Assembly: GCA_002633005.1 (NCBI GenBank) | Contig: NMRA01000041.1 | Coordinates: 168,954 to 232,953, forward strand | DNA from: Phoronis australis | Taxonomy: Eukaryota; Animalia; Phoronida | Length of the DNA: 64,000 nt | Direction of reading: 5' to 3' | Shown here: positions 50,406 through 62,855 of the stretch, one piece after another | How positions within the stretch are numbered: the first letter of the stretch is position 1 | Layout: each line of letters opens with the position of its first letter | The notes under the pieces: generated by a model | The model's input: only the letters and a program-made list of their open reading frames with translations | The model's database searches: none | What the model was told of the DNA's origin: nothing | Position numbers and translations under genes: made by a program

Positions 50406-50780
50406 TGACCTGTCGCCAACAGATCACAAAGTTGTACGTGTAAGGGCTGGCATCTGTGAAACAGCACAGTTGGCGGAATTTCACATCCCCGGAATCAACA
50501 GGCTTGAGGCAGCGGTCGATAACAAATGTTTCAAGCGTGGAAATCTTTCGTTGCCATTCGATGAACTTCGGTTGGAAATAGCTCGAATTTCGCCATCCCA
50601 TCCAACAGCGCTGCGGCAAAGCTGTTGAAGGAAGGTAAGGTCTGGCTGGAAGCACAGCCGGTGTGGCGAAACCAAGGGGGTTGTAAAATGACGATACCAT
50701 AGACAAAACACTGCATCTGGTGAAGGAGTAGTCTTTCAGACGAGTCTTGAAAGTAAACACGTCTTCCTCAACAGACCATA
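50406..50780 (-). mobile_element. BEL/Pao LTR retrotransposon, upstream part
   Basis: WSVEEDVFTF..TRCSVLSMVSSFYNPLGF..LQQLCRSAVGWD..QLCCFTDAS; joins the 44207 segment across the Academ. Confidence 0.88.
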
Positions 50781-52229
50781 TTATATGGTCCGTTGAGGAA
50801 GACATGTAATTAATGGTTCTGGGGTCTGACCAGATGTCATGTGAACGTTGTACACCTCACATTGGCTTTATGAAGCAACTATGAATATAATACTGTAAAA
50901 ATACAATAACACAATTACGATACCTTAGGTGATCAAACACAAAGGAAATGAAAAAGTATTGAGCATTTTTTCGGCAGGTCAAAAATGAGATAAAATAAGA
51001 ACAAAGTGATTTATTAAGACAAAAATAACAGTCATGTGCTCCATGTCGACCACGGTACAACCAGAGAAAACAGGAAGAGTTAATTTGTCTTATTTTATGA
51101 TTTGACTTCTTGAGACAATTTGTAACATTAAATCACAATACTGATCACTTGAAATGACCTAGAGTAACAGTCATATTACCAAACAGTGCACTATATGGCT
51201 ATAAATAAATACCAACAAGCAAAATACAACGTAACAAGAACACAACTACATGCCCGAACAGCTGTGCATGTGCGTGACTCATAAATACTTGTGACAATAC
51301 ATTCATACAAAAATCTAACAAATATCTCAAAATACATTAAAAGCCAAATCAGACTATGGTTAGCTTTAAATTACATTATGTTTAACTGTAAGCGTGATCT
51401 TCCGTTATTTTGTCCTTGATGCCCTCTGAAAGCAATGTTGCTTGTACATAAGTGTCAGTGAATGAACACAACTGCCAGTTTGACAAGTAATGAATATGCA
51501 AGATTAAATCCCAGCCACGATTTGATTCTTGCTTTTTAATTGTGGACAAGAATCACAAGTTCTATCAACGGAAAATAATGTCGTTATTTTCAAAGTGGCT
51601 GCAAACCAGACTTCTGGCATCATAAAAGCCAAATTTTGACATAGACCAAGCCACTGTTGAACAGTTTCACAACTGGCTTATCATGGCAAGTCATATTATG
51701 TGATGAGCAGGGTCTCAAGGAATAACAAACTGTCAGTTATTTGCAAACTCATAAATCACTTCTTGTCTGAACTTGGAACCATTGTGGTAAGTGGTATTTG
51801 ACAGAACATGGGTCAGTAAACGTTTAAGGTGAAAGAAAAATTGCACGTAAAGCAGCAATGTTTGTTAGACTTCTGCACATGAATCAAATAATACTGCCAT
51901 GACAAGGAACTTTCAAATACCAGCCTTCTAGTCACCACAATTAACTAAGAACAACGTCAATCAATTAATATCATTTATGTGCCTTCATTTGCACTTGTGC
52001 TAAATTTAATGACATATACAAAGAAATAAAACCTCTCGCTGACTCTTAAACTAGCTTTCAACCACAAAGAGACCTTTAACCTCAGGGTCGGACCAAATGA
52101 AAGGAGGAAATTAGTTTACGCTTTGCTCTACATAACAAATTCAACATCATGGCCAATCTATAGTGAGCGTATGTTCATTGCTTACATGGCTTCAAAATAA
52201 ACCAATAAGATCCTACCAAAAATCACATG

Positions 52230-52391
52230 TCAACTGAGTTTCATGTGATTGGACGAGTTCCGTACGTCACCATTCTCGTCACTTCTTGACTTCACGATGT
52301 CGAGGCCTGTCAGACGCTGAAGTAAAGCACGCAATATACTTCCTGGAAGCGTCTGGTTCAACTTGATCATGTCTTCTAGTGTCCGGTGAAT
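52230..52391 (-). CDS. TMEM68: TMEM68 copy B coding exon 8 (last)
   Basis: IHRTLEDMIKLNQTLPGSILRALLQRL...NHMKLS*. Confidence 0.9.
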   Translation of the reverse strand: MHRTLEDMIKLNQTLPGSILRALLQRLTGLDIVKSRSDENGDVRNSSNHMKLS

Positions 52392-52769
52392 CTGAAAGGC
52401 ACACCGAGTTGCTTGCATAACAGTTTTGTGATAAGTGAAGCATGAGCTCACTAAAAGAGACTTCACTTACAAAGAACACCATGAAAGGTAATAGGCCAAA
52501 CTTTGTTTTACCAACTAAGGCCTGTGGATCATTAAAGTGACTCTTTAAGACTGAAGATACAAATTTGGTCTCGGTTATGCTCCCACTTTACAATTGCGCA
52601 ATAAAGGTTTGGACGAGCAATTACAAGCAAAACACAGTCTAGGAACAACTTTACAATGATCTGAATAACTAGCAATTATGTTGAACTTCTCAGAGACTTT
52701 GCATTTTTGCTCAAGTTTTTAATAAATTATAGTTATGAGGAGTTTCAGAGCAAATTTCTGACACCAGTC

Positions 52770-53375
52770 ATCAAGTGGAACTTGCAGGCTATCTCTTTAT
52801 CTCGGCGATTCTCAGGTGGCCAAATTAGTTATCAACACAACATGTGAATATGAAGCAGGTTAAAAATTTTTTGAAGAACGAGTATTGTGGTGAAAATGAT
52901 CCGCCACAAATCACCGAACGTCTCTAGTAACTATCGCGATGTGGTGCTGGCGAATAACACTGCATGATGCGGGTTATGTGAGCCCGCGAGCCACGTCATT
53001 TGTGCGAAGGCCACACTTTCACAGAACTTTTTTTTGAGATTTAATCATTTTTCAAAAATAGTTTCGTGGAGCTTTAAGACCAAATTTCTGACATCGAGTT
53101 GAACTCGGACGCTAATTCTTTATCTCTGCAATTGTTTGGCCAAATTAGTCAGAAACACAACACATAGCGACAACGTGAATATGAAGTAGGTTGAAAATTG
53201 CCAAATCTTTTTAAGTACGAATTTTGTGGTGAATATGATCTGACACAAATCACCAAACCATGTCCTGTAAGTATTGTGACGTGGTGCTGGCATATAACAC
53301 TGCATGATGCTGGCTATGTGAGCCTGTGAGATAAGTAATTAGAGCGAAAGTCACACATTTACAGAACTTTTTGTT
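52770..53375. repeat. ~320-bp diverged tandem duplication in TMEM68-B intron 7
   Basis: Two units (~52770 and ~53092); copy A carries a single unit (19421-19690). Confidence 0.75.
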
Positions 53376-53819
53376 TTCACATTTAGTTGTCAATACAACT
53401 GCACTTAGTTTAGCGTAGATGATGTTCAAATAGCATTGTCGTTTAGTTCCTGTTATACATTAGCACAGTTAGGAGCATGCAAATACATCTTTAAGTCACT
53501 TTTCTCGAAACAGACCCCTGGACGTCAAGTTCCAAGCTCCAACACCAAATGCAATCCATTATTGATTTACTTACTGTCCAATTATACATATAAGGAACTC
53601 AACATAAGTGTCTCTAATTTATGCTAAGCATTTCATTTGGATAGTAACAAGATTCTGTAAGACATGAAGTAGATAGAGAGGCGAATCCCAGACAGATACC
53701 AGACAGACATGACAGCACTTTACAACCACACATAAAAATGGATGCATAAAGTGATTGCAATGCACAAAAGTAGAAAAAGATCACATATGCTGGCAGAGGA
53801 AAAACCTGATAGTAAGTAC

Positions 53820-53883
53820 CTTTTTAGCCAAGAGCTCAGGTGTCAAGTGTGGGTCGTACGGAATTGGATCGCCAATTATGGTT
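53820..53883 (-). CDS. TMEM68: TMEM68 copy B coding exon 7
   Basis: TIIGDPIPYDPHLTPELLAKK|gtact. Confidence 0.93.
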
Positions 53884-55012
53884 CTGCAAGGAAAAGACAA
53901 AGGTGTAATATTACAGACATTCTGTTGAATCAACTTATTAAAAGTTTGCCATGTGACTCGCATTAAGCCTGACAACAAGTTATGTCTATCGACTACAGTG
54001 TTTCAATAAGGACATGATTTAAAAGAACACACACCACTCTCAAGAAACAAAGAATGACAAGCCTAACAAGTCAAATGGATACACAGTAGCTACATATATC
54101 TGATTGTGTATTTTACCCAGACCGAGACTTTGCATTCTTGAATTGTGGTTCACTTATTGTTCTCACTCAAATAATAGAACAGTGTTTCCACAATAATTTT
54201 GCCTAGTATTTTATGAATAGTAAGTCCCATGGTTTTTAAACTCGTTGCTTACGGTGCTCTTTTGCAACTTGAGAATCAGTTTTCTCCACTGAATAACAGG
54301 CTTCAAACAGGTTCTCAACATCCGGGACCCCTGTAAACAACTATTACCCACTTCTCCATAACAGAGTCGGTGAAAATGTGCTCAACATCACAAACAGTCC
54401 ATGCTCTCCGTATCAGCAAAAACAAGGTTGTCCACATAAAACTAAATTATTGGGCTTACAGTAAGAGGTAAAATCTTGAATATTTATGTGAAACTTTGTT
54501 TTTTCATGTTTTTTCAAAAATATGTCAGTAGCACTATTTTAAAGTCCTATGTCGCATCTGCTACCAGACAATGATTCTGAAACTTGTGAGCATTCGCAAC
54601 AATGTTAGCCTTTGAAAAATGAAAAAAATAATTTCGGCATTTATTTTGTTACGAAACAGGTGAGTTTACTGCAACCACTTTCAAAAATTCAATTTGTAAC
54701 CACAGTGACGACCACAAGGCACACTTAGAACGTGAGCAGTATTCTGGTCACGCATCTGCAAGATCCTGGATCTGAATCGAATCATTCGGTCCAGGCTTTG
54801 GTCTTAAGATGAACAGCTTCTTCTCAGTTCTCCATGAAATTACAACTTCCTCACACAGACTGTGTGCCGTAATAACGAACAAAAATTTGAAACTACCTTT
54901 AGAGACCCATGGGGTGCCACTGATCAATTATCTAGGGATTTTAATTGTTAATAATAATCTCACCCTCCGCTGTAATTACCTTAATTTTTAATCCAAAAAT
55001 CAATTCATTTAC

Positions 55013-55088
55013 CTCATCTTGACAGGAAATCCTCCATAAATAGGTACAATGGGAAGTCTCGTCTTCTCATATAGCCTTCTAAATAAGC
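55013..55088 (-). CDS. TMEM68: TMEM68 copy B coding exon 6
   Basis: RLFRRLYEKTRLPIVPIYGGFPVKMR. Confidence 0.93.
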
Positions 55089-55528
55089 CTGTGATAAATA
55101 AAACTAGTCTGTCACAATTTTTTTCAAAACAGTGCAGTATTGCTTGGTTTGCTTCAAATACAACATTTCTGAAAAGGCGATTATAACGTTCATCATATTT
55201 CTCAAATACCTGACCGTTTTTATATCAACCGATTCTGAAAATATTGCTGACATGATACAAAATACAACAACAAACTGAAACGTGTGGCCGGCACCACACC
55301 ACGTCTATTTCAAAATTTCAGACAGGAGTAATTCTGCCTTCTTCCTCATTATTCTTGGTTGCTCAATACTGCCCGTTTGATACAAGCTGGGACCTAGAGC
55401 AAAATAATTAATTTTCACTGCCCAAAACTGGAAAATACTCACCAAAGTACCACAGTGTCATATGGCAACTAAGAGCACTACACCAACAAATCTTTAATCA
55501 AGCGACAGGTCTCAAATAAGTGACTTAC

Positions 55529-55592
55529 GTTTTCCAATACCAAGCGACCTGTAGCCCTCGCGGCAGTTTTGTGTGAACATGGGAATGACTGG
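55529..55592 (-). CDS. TMEM68: TMEM68 copy B coding exon 5
   Basis: PVIPMFTQNCREGYRSLGIGK, gtaagt donor. Confidence 0.93.
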
Positions 55593-56298
55593 CTAAAACG
55601 AACAGAAATTAAAGAATTAAGATGTTAAACTGTCAAAATGCAACATGTTAACTACAATGAACTAAGGCTTGTTTGAACGTACGACTGTACTTTTTGTTAG
55701 ACAGCTTATTATATACTTGCTCCTATCTTCAGGCGTGCAGTTATGAAGCAAAACACCAAAGGGACATGTCTGCCATATTTCGAAACAACTACCAAGTTTG
55801 TGTCAATGAAGGGATGCTAGATAACATATTATGAACTAGGACTGAATATGCTATTATTGCACTCTGACAATTTAACTGGCAAGCAAACTTACATTTTAAC
55901 AGAGCAGTGAACACAACGACCATGATTAATCACTTTAGCATTTTTGTAACGCATGGAGATGACACCATCTTCTCTAAATGCACTTATTTTTAGCACCAAA
56001 TGTAAATTGACTGACAGAAATTTTTTGCTAACTCAAAAACTGCTTCACTACAAAACAACGCATGATTATGTTACTGATCCAAAAACTGTTTTTTTGTAAT
56101 TATGCAATTTTCAAAAAGTCACCAAGTCACATAGCTAGGACTTTATTGAAGATCTTAGCTTGGTTCACAGGTAACAATTTCCAAAAGTTTCCAAGTCACA
56201 TAGCTAGGACTTTACTGAAGATCATAGCTTGCTTCACAAGTAACAATTTCCTATCATAGTCGCATTAGTAATATTTTTGATTCACTTGAAAAACCTAC

Positions 56299-56393
56299 CA
56301 CTTTAGCTTTTAACGCCACTTTGGCAAACCCCAACCTACGACCCCACTGCAAACCATAGTTTTCATCACTGAAGAAGGCCTCACGGACACCAC
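56299..56393 (-). CDS. TMEM68: TMEM68 copy B coding exon 4
   Basis: GGVREAFFSDENYGLQWGRRLGFAKVALKAKV. Confidence 0.93.
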
Positions 56394-56900
56394 CTGTTGT
56401 AAGAGAGATGAACATGGTGAATCTTTCATGGAGGACACAAACAGAGGTACTGCCAGTCACATGACGCAGGTGGGTTTGGGGAACCACATTCACCGACGGC
56501 CAACAAAAGTAACATTGAAAATGCAAGTGAATTAATCATTTTTATTTTCATAATAATTATCAGGAATTTCTGATAGTTAGCCCCAGGGTGTTTTTTCAAA
56601 AAGTATCACTTTTTACCTCTTTGGAACCCAAAAGTTGCCATGGGCAGACTTTCGGAAGTGGGGTGGATGGAAATGTCAACGAAGCATGTAACACAAGAGA
56701 GGTTGGTGGGTGTACACTCAATCATTAGGTTAGCTTTTTGGCATGGAAATGAACAAAAAAGTGGCTTCGTGATCTGAAATGCTAATCAGACATCATTTTT
56801 GACAACTCTTGAAAATAATGGAGCTCTGCAGGCAAGCATCACTAAGACCATACAGCTGGTGCCACCTATCAGGAGATTAGCCACAGCTAGTGTCACCTAC

Positions 56901-56999
56901 CAGGAGATATAGCTACTATGTTGCCCTTTTCCAGCAGATCAATGCAAGTGTCCACTGTTCCAGGGAACACACCAAACACATCCAGTAATAACTTGAAGC
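56901..56999 (-). CDS. TMEM68: TMEM68 copy B coding exon 3
   Basis: FKLLLDVFGVFPGTVDTCIDLLEKGNIVAISP. Confidence 0.92.
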
Positions 57000-57664
57000 C
57001 TGCAATTTAGAAAAAAAAAATCAGCAAACACTTTCCTTGATGATAAAGGTCACACAAAACAAATGAAATGAATTTAAGTGGGTAAACACTATTTTCAATT
57101 TAATCACAAAAGATAGACAGAAATACAGTAATCTCATAGCAATGTTTTTGTGTAAAATCATTTAAAAATAGCTCTAACACGGTTTTCATTGCCACTGTCA
57201 AAATATAATAGTCGCATAAAAAGCCTGGTCAATATTTCTGATTTCCAAACTTGTACAATAATCCAAAACATAAAAATCATATTGTTATTAACTAACAGCT
57301 ATTTTTGCACCAATCTTTCCTGTATGTTTATTTGTATTTTGTTACATTGTATTAATAACTACTATCATCAATAAATGACAATAACCAACCTTATCTTTAG
57401 CCTCCTTCAGATCACACCACATGCAAATCTGAACGCCATCAAGGTGGTTGTGTTGAAAATTTTCTCATAAAAAATTGCATTCGGTCAAAAATGAACAGAC
57501 CTGCTGTATGATATAAATCAAGTTGAATTCATTAAACTGAACATTTACGAGTTTTTGACTGAAATCAGAATGAGTATGTCCAACGGCAATAAACCATAAT
57601 GCAGTTCAGTACTGTATAGCGCAGTATACAGTCGCTTCGGAAAACGGATTAATTCTTGCTGTAC

Positions 57665-57832
57665 CTGGCACTCTAAACAAGAAGTGATCAGCGACAGGTC
57701 TCCATTTGCAGCCATTACGTAGTATACACTTGGCTATCACGTAATACAGATCCATTGGAATAGCACCATGGTAGTAAATCACAAGGGCAGAGCCAGTTGA
57801 AGGAATCTTGTCAAGACCATCCACTTCATATC
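57665..57832 (-). CDS. TMEM68: TMEM68 copy B coding exon 2
   Basis: YEVDGLDKIPSTGSALVIYYHGAIPMDLYY...VADHFLFRVPG. Confidence 0.93.
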
Positions 57833-58751
57833 CTAGAGAGGAAAGATAAACCTGGTTGAAGAGAAAATCAATCTTTTGAAGCTATGTATGACGCTGCTTT
57901 GGAGCTACAACTTAAGTCGTGATTTATTTCAAAATAGGTGTGTCCTCATTTTCTTTGGCAGAATTAAAAAAGCATCATCTAGAAGTACGATGGAACTCTT
58001 CATGAATTTAGGACACAATGTGGCAGACAATTGAAATTTTATTTCCTTATATTTTATAAAATATATGTAGCACTAAACAACTGTTTTTGCAGCTTTACAT
58101 GATTCAAGTTCTGTATGATACTTACTATCACAGAATATTTTAAAAATTTGTTGGCATTTACACAGTAAATTCATAAGCACTTGAAGAAAGAAAAGGTCAT
58201 TTTTGGTAAATTATTTTAATATAAAATTGGTGAGATTTTACCACTATTATTTAAACACTTAAATTTTTTCAGTTTGGGCAAATGCTCAAGAAGTAACAAG
58301 ATGTTGCACGCTACTAGTAACAACGTAAAACATTCTATTTATTTTTGTTGAAAAGCTTAAAATAAAATTCCACTTTTCCGCAACATTGTATCCTACACTG
58401 AAAATTTTTCCTTTTTCCTTATCAGAGTTGGTCATCAATCCCATAGCACAGAGTAACCCTCTCATTGGAGCGAAACCATTGCTGTGGAGAGTAATCCTTA
58501 GTTACCACTGAGGAGAAACGCTTACCACTCATCACAAAACCCTTACCATGTAGGCCTACCGCAACAGCCCTTACCATGGAAGCTGAGACACATACAGTAA
58601 ATTAGTATGGTAAGAGTTTTGTGAGGAGGAGTAGAGTTACACTAATGTGGTAAGGCATCCACTCAGCAGTAAGTGTTTGGTGACTGTGTTGAAGATTGCA
58701 TTGCCATCCCTATTTATACAGATACTTGATGCACTGATGAGCAATGTGTAC

Positions 58752-59079
58752 CATGCCAGATCTTCCCCTGTCCATCCCAGAGAACGGCGAGTGTTGACCT
58801 TGCACCATCCCAGAAATCATGCATATACGCTTCTTTCAGGCGATTACGATGCTTGTAGAACTGCAGGAACAATATGGACGCGTACAAGAAGATAAGTATA
58901 ACGATGGGTAATAGAAACACGATGATAACAGGATAAGTCATCCATATTAGCCACTTCAGGTATTGCGAGTCAACGCATATTTGAAGTTGTACGCATATCA
59001 GCTCTATGTAATAGTCAATGTTGTACTCAGACCATAAAAAGGTCAAGAGATCATCTGTAGAATTTGATGCCATTTCCAT
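58752..59079 (-). CDS. TMEM68: TMEM68 copy B coding exon 1
   Basis: ATG at 59079; ...HDFWDGARSTLAVLWDGQGKIWHG|gtacac. Confidence 0.9.
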
Positions 59080-59087
59080 TGTAATGG

Positions 59088-59117
59088 TCACCTGTTATGG
59101 AGTTCTTCAGATGCCAT
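59088..59117 (-). promoter_or_regulatory. 9-codon uORF (MASEELHNR*) upstream of TMEM68-B
   Basis: Same position, length and context as in copy A. Confidence 0.6.
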
Positions 59118-59356
59118 GGTAACACCGGTTTCCTTCTCTAAAAAATGATGGTCACTGAAGTTTATCTTCTTTCTTGTGGCTTATCATTTTGCATTTTCTG
59201 AAAAACGAGAAAGGAAAATATGTTTGAACTAATGCAAAAGACGAGTCTATCCTTGTCAAATGACTTTCATACTACCATATGAAGTGGCAGCTGTCAAAGA
59301 GTGCCTGTGCTCAGACTCGAGAGTCATTGCCAAGCCAATGTCACAATGCCAGGCAA

Positions 59357-59430
59357 TGGCCATTTTTATACTGCTAACACCAGGGTACATGACGTCATAT
59401 CCCCTGGCACGAGCAGTGTAAAAATGGCCA
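59357..59430. repeat. 74-bp imperfect palindrome centred on TGACGTCA
   Basis: 19-bp arms with one mismatch; the symmetry centre falls exactly within TGACGTCA (59390-59397). Confidence 0.8.
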
Positions 59431-61043
59431 GTCACCGATTTGGGAAACTGAATGAAGGACTGCTAAAACAAACCATTTGATTATGGAAGTACTTGTTTGA
59501 ATTGGAATTAAGACATGGACGGTCTCCTAAAGTGTTCCACTATGCACAAAATGTACTTAATTAGAACAACATGACTTTGATGGTTTAGTCAGTGTGACGA
59601 GGCAAAAGACGCCGAAAAGCCTCTGGCTTATGAAGGGATGAACACCGTGTCTATTGCTAGTCGATACAGAGGCAAACCAATCCATGCCTTAGCCTTGGTG
59701 CAAAGCTGTATACTAAATATACAGCTTTGCGCCGATGTGGGTAAAAAACTGAACAAATAAAATCAAACACAAAGTTAGTGTCATTAAAAACTACGCTCTT
59801 CCTTGAGTAAACTGAATTATTTACTGGTGTTGGAAAAATTGGCGTTCTACTGTTATTTCGCTGCTAAGGTTGTAGAGCAATCTTATGCATCAGCTTTCAG
59901 CGCCATGAAATGCGTTTATTTGGCCAGTTTCTTTTTTCCCTGTTCTTATTCCACGAGGTTGAGTACATTAATTTTTGTCCCAACATTTTATTGGAATTGG
60001 TTTCATTCCGTTACAAGTTTTTAGTATTTTAATATCAGCAAACCGAATTTCAGAACAAATTTTGCTGCTGCAAAGTTGTCATCATCTTTCGAGAGATGTC
60101 GCAAAATTTTAGGAAATGGCAGATGCACGCATCACGAATGCACTGTTTTCAAAACAACGACAGACTTTTCTTTGTTACAAAAGGTAGAGAATTATGCAAG
60201 AAAATGACGTTTATTAAGATTGTTTTTCACTTTAACGGCTGCAACCGGCAAGGTGTCAGTTGACTCCCAGATTTTGCATGCACTGCTCCAGATTTTGCTA
60301 TAGGTTTCATGACGTGGTGCTGAGCATTAACTACCCGGGCTGTGTGGAATTCTGGGGTGTAACGGAGCTCAACACACAATGCTACCAATATTTTGACAAT
60401 ATAGTCTTCATACAGCTAGCTAGCTGGCTGGCTTTACATACAAAGCAAAAATAACAGGTTACCAGCCACTAATATGGTGAATCTGCAGTGAATGTAGTAA
60501 TATAAAGGACTCTCTTAATCAATCGCCAGCAGACAACTGCTTTTTGGTCGACTGTTTAGGATGTCTGCCATTGAAGCAATAGGTACCGGTTATGAAACTT
60601 GGATGTGGTTATTTTTCACTATATTGGTGCTCAACAACTGCATACGTACTCATGATGGCAGAAAGGGACCACACTGCCTTGGGAACTTGTTACTGAATGG
60701 CTGGGGGCCGATCTGATGTTGGGTTCCAGGTGCGGCGTTACCCTTAATCATTGGATGGGGAAGAGTGTGGTGAACCTGCAGTGAGTGTAGTAATATAAAG
60801 GCCTCTTACCTCTCTTAATCACTTGCCTACGCACAATATCATATGCTCATTGGTCGACTGATGCCTGACATTGACAACTAAACTTAAAAGTCAAAGGCAG
60901 CACGGCCAAGGCCATGGCAAGGCCAAGGGGTTCAAAACTTGGATTAGATGATTTTTCACCACACTACAGTAAATGCTTAGACCTCGGAATACATTTGGAT
61001 TAAAGTGAAGTGACAAATTGCAAATATTCATTTGCACAGTTAA

Positions 61044-61222
61044 TTCGGTAATGGTGACAAATACGCCTCCAGTCCCAAGCCTCCCGAGTCCCAAGGTACT
61101 TCTTTTCTTTAAATACTCACATATATGTGGGTCGGTTTCAGTTAGGAGATATAAAATGACTATTCTTTTTATCTATCTGGAAAAAAAGAAGTACCATGGG
61201 AGCGTATTTGTCACCATTACCC
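61044..61222. mobile_element. ~180-bp MITE (Kolobok-like, TTAA flanks)
   Basis: TIR GGTAATGGTGACAAATACGC / GCGTATTTGTCACCATTACC with TTAA on each side. Confidence 0.7.
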
Positions 61223-62091
61223 TTAATTACATTCTGTAAACAGGTAAAACCCTTCAACAATGACCACAAACCGGCAAAATTTTTACTAAAAACTTTAGCT
61301 CACCTGTCTTACTATAGTTTGTTCGACTCACGCTTGGTGTCGCTTGAGCTCAGTTGTTAGAATTCAGGCAAAATTAACATTTTATGCTTGAAAAAAATCA
61401 AATAAACCAACAAAATTGTTTTAAAAATGTTATTAAGTAGTAAAACAAGAGTCAACTAGTTAAATATTTGTCAAACAAGTTTATTCGAATGACCATAAAA
61501 GTGTTTCCGGTTTAAGCAAAACATTCATTCAGCTAACAAGTTGCTCTGCTTTTCACCTTCGTAGAATGTTAAAGTCACAAATGTGCTAATCACTTGTGTT
61601 GTTTAGGATCTGTTCCATGGACGACGAAAGCCGATACAACAAAAAAGTAAGTTTTGGTTGACCATTTTAAAGCGGCGACACTCCTTCCGTCCCACCAACT
61701 ACTCGCTCATCTGAATTCTAAAGTCGGAGTAAAGCCGAGAATGACACCCGATTTAATTAGTTTTTGTTACCGTCTTAGTCGGTCTATATCCTCATCACCT
61801 CGTATACAGTCGATCTCACCAGCTTAGTGTGTGCCGCTGGTGACAGTATCAGTGTGGCGTGTGAACTTAGGCAATTACATCACCCTGGATGCCGCAGGCT
61901 TACTCAGGTCAGGGGCGATACTACATCCCCACACGAATTACAAAATACAGGAAGTAAAATCAAGTGAAACATGCATATATGCACATGGAGTTATAATTAA
62001 CACATACCATAAATATTTAGTAGACGATTCAGTCAAGATAATTTGAACAAATCGATGAAAATCTGTCGCGGTTTGCTCGAGTTTCTCTTAC

Positions 62092-62110
62092 CGGAGCCAT
62101 TTTGAGGAAG
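62092..62110 (-). promoter_or_regulatory. Candidate first (5'UTR) exon/TSS region of TMEM68-B
   Basis: Minus strand reads CTTCCTCAAAATGGCTCCG|GTAAGA: pyrimidine start, YY1-type AAAATGGC motif and strong donor, in a CpG-rich zone (~61.6-62.3 kb). Coding exon 1 is preceded by an acceptor at 59197, so an upstream exon is required. Confidence 0.35.
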
Positions 62111-62855
62111 TTACATGAAATCAGGCATGTTGACGAATAAAAAGTCCAAGGAACACAAATCTTACAAATTTCACCTGATACCTTCCCATGCTATTTTGGC
62201 AAAGGTGATGTGTGCCAGCGTTACACGCTTCGCTCAGTCTCGCGCTAGCGTTAACCTAACTCACGGGACTCAGTTGAAATACTTTGTGGTTATTGCGCGC
62301 CAGGTGAAAAAGTTAACGGTAACCAAAAAAGTGGAGTTGGACTTCTTCACCAAAGTCACCTTAATTCTCGTAACTTAGCTTCATCGAAGATATGTGTAGA
62401 AGTAGAAAGGACCACTGAAGAAAGTAAGCGCTTTTTTATGTGATAGTTTTATAGGTGTGGAATGTATTTTTGACATCCTAAAAACTCATAATTCGTGGCC
62501 GGATTTGGCCTACTGCCCGTTTAAAATACACGGGACGAAATTAGTGGAGAAAGCGATGGGAAGTGTTGTAGCCCCTATCTGGCCAACCGAGGGGCTACGT
62601 GTTGCTGAGTGCAAACTATGAAGCTGTGAGAAAAGTGGTTCCTGGCAGTTCAGAACGAAAAGTATGCTGTTAATACCAAGTATGAGGCCGTGAAATATTT
62701 CCTTGTCTGTAGCCATGAAATCATTCTATTTCATAATGAATTATTTGTGGAAGGGGAATCTAGTTTCATAGCCCCCGATGAGTAAAAAGATTTGCAATTT
62801 CTCGCTGAATTTGCCAAAACGTTAATGTGCACATTTCTTTGGTTCTGGTCTTTAG

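Larger units (their letters stand above)
52230..59079 (-). other. TMEM68: TMEM68/DIESL-like acyltransferase gene, tandem copy B; CDS complement(join(52230..52391,53820..53883,55013..55088,55529..55592,56299..56393,56901..56999,57665..57832,58752..59079)), ~351 aa
   Basis: Same eight-exon structure as copy A, 1056 nt, open frame. Motifs HGAIPMD, VADHFLF, AISPGGVREA and RLFRRLYEK are closer to the vertebrate TMEM68 consensus. Confidence 0.95.
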
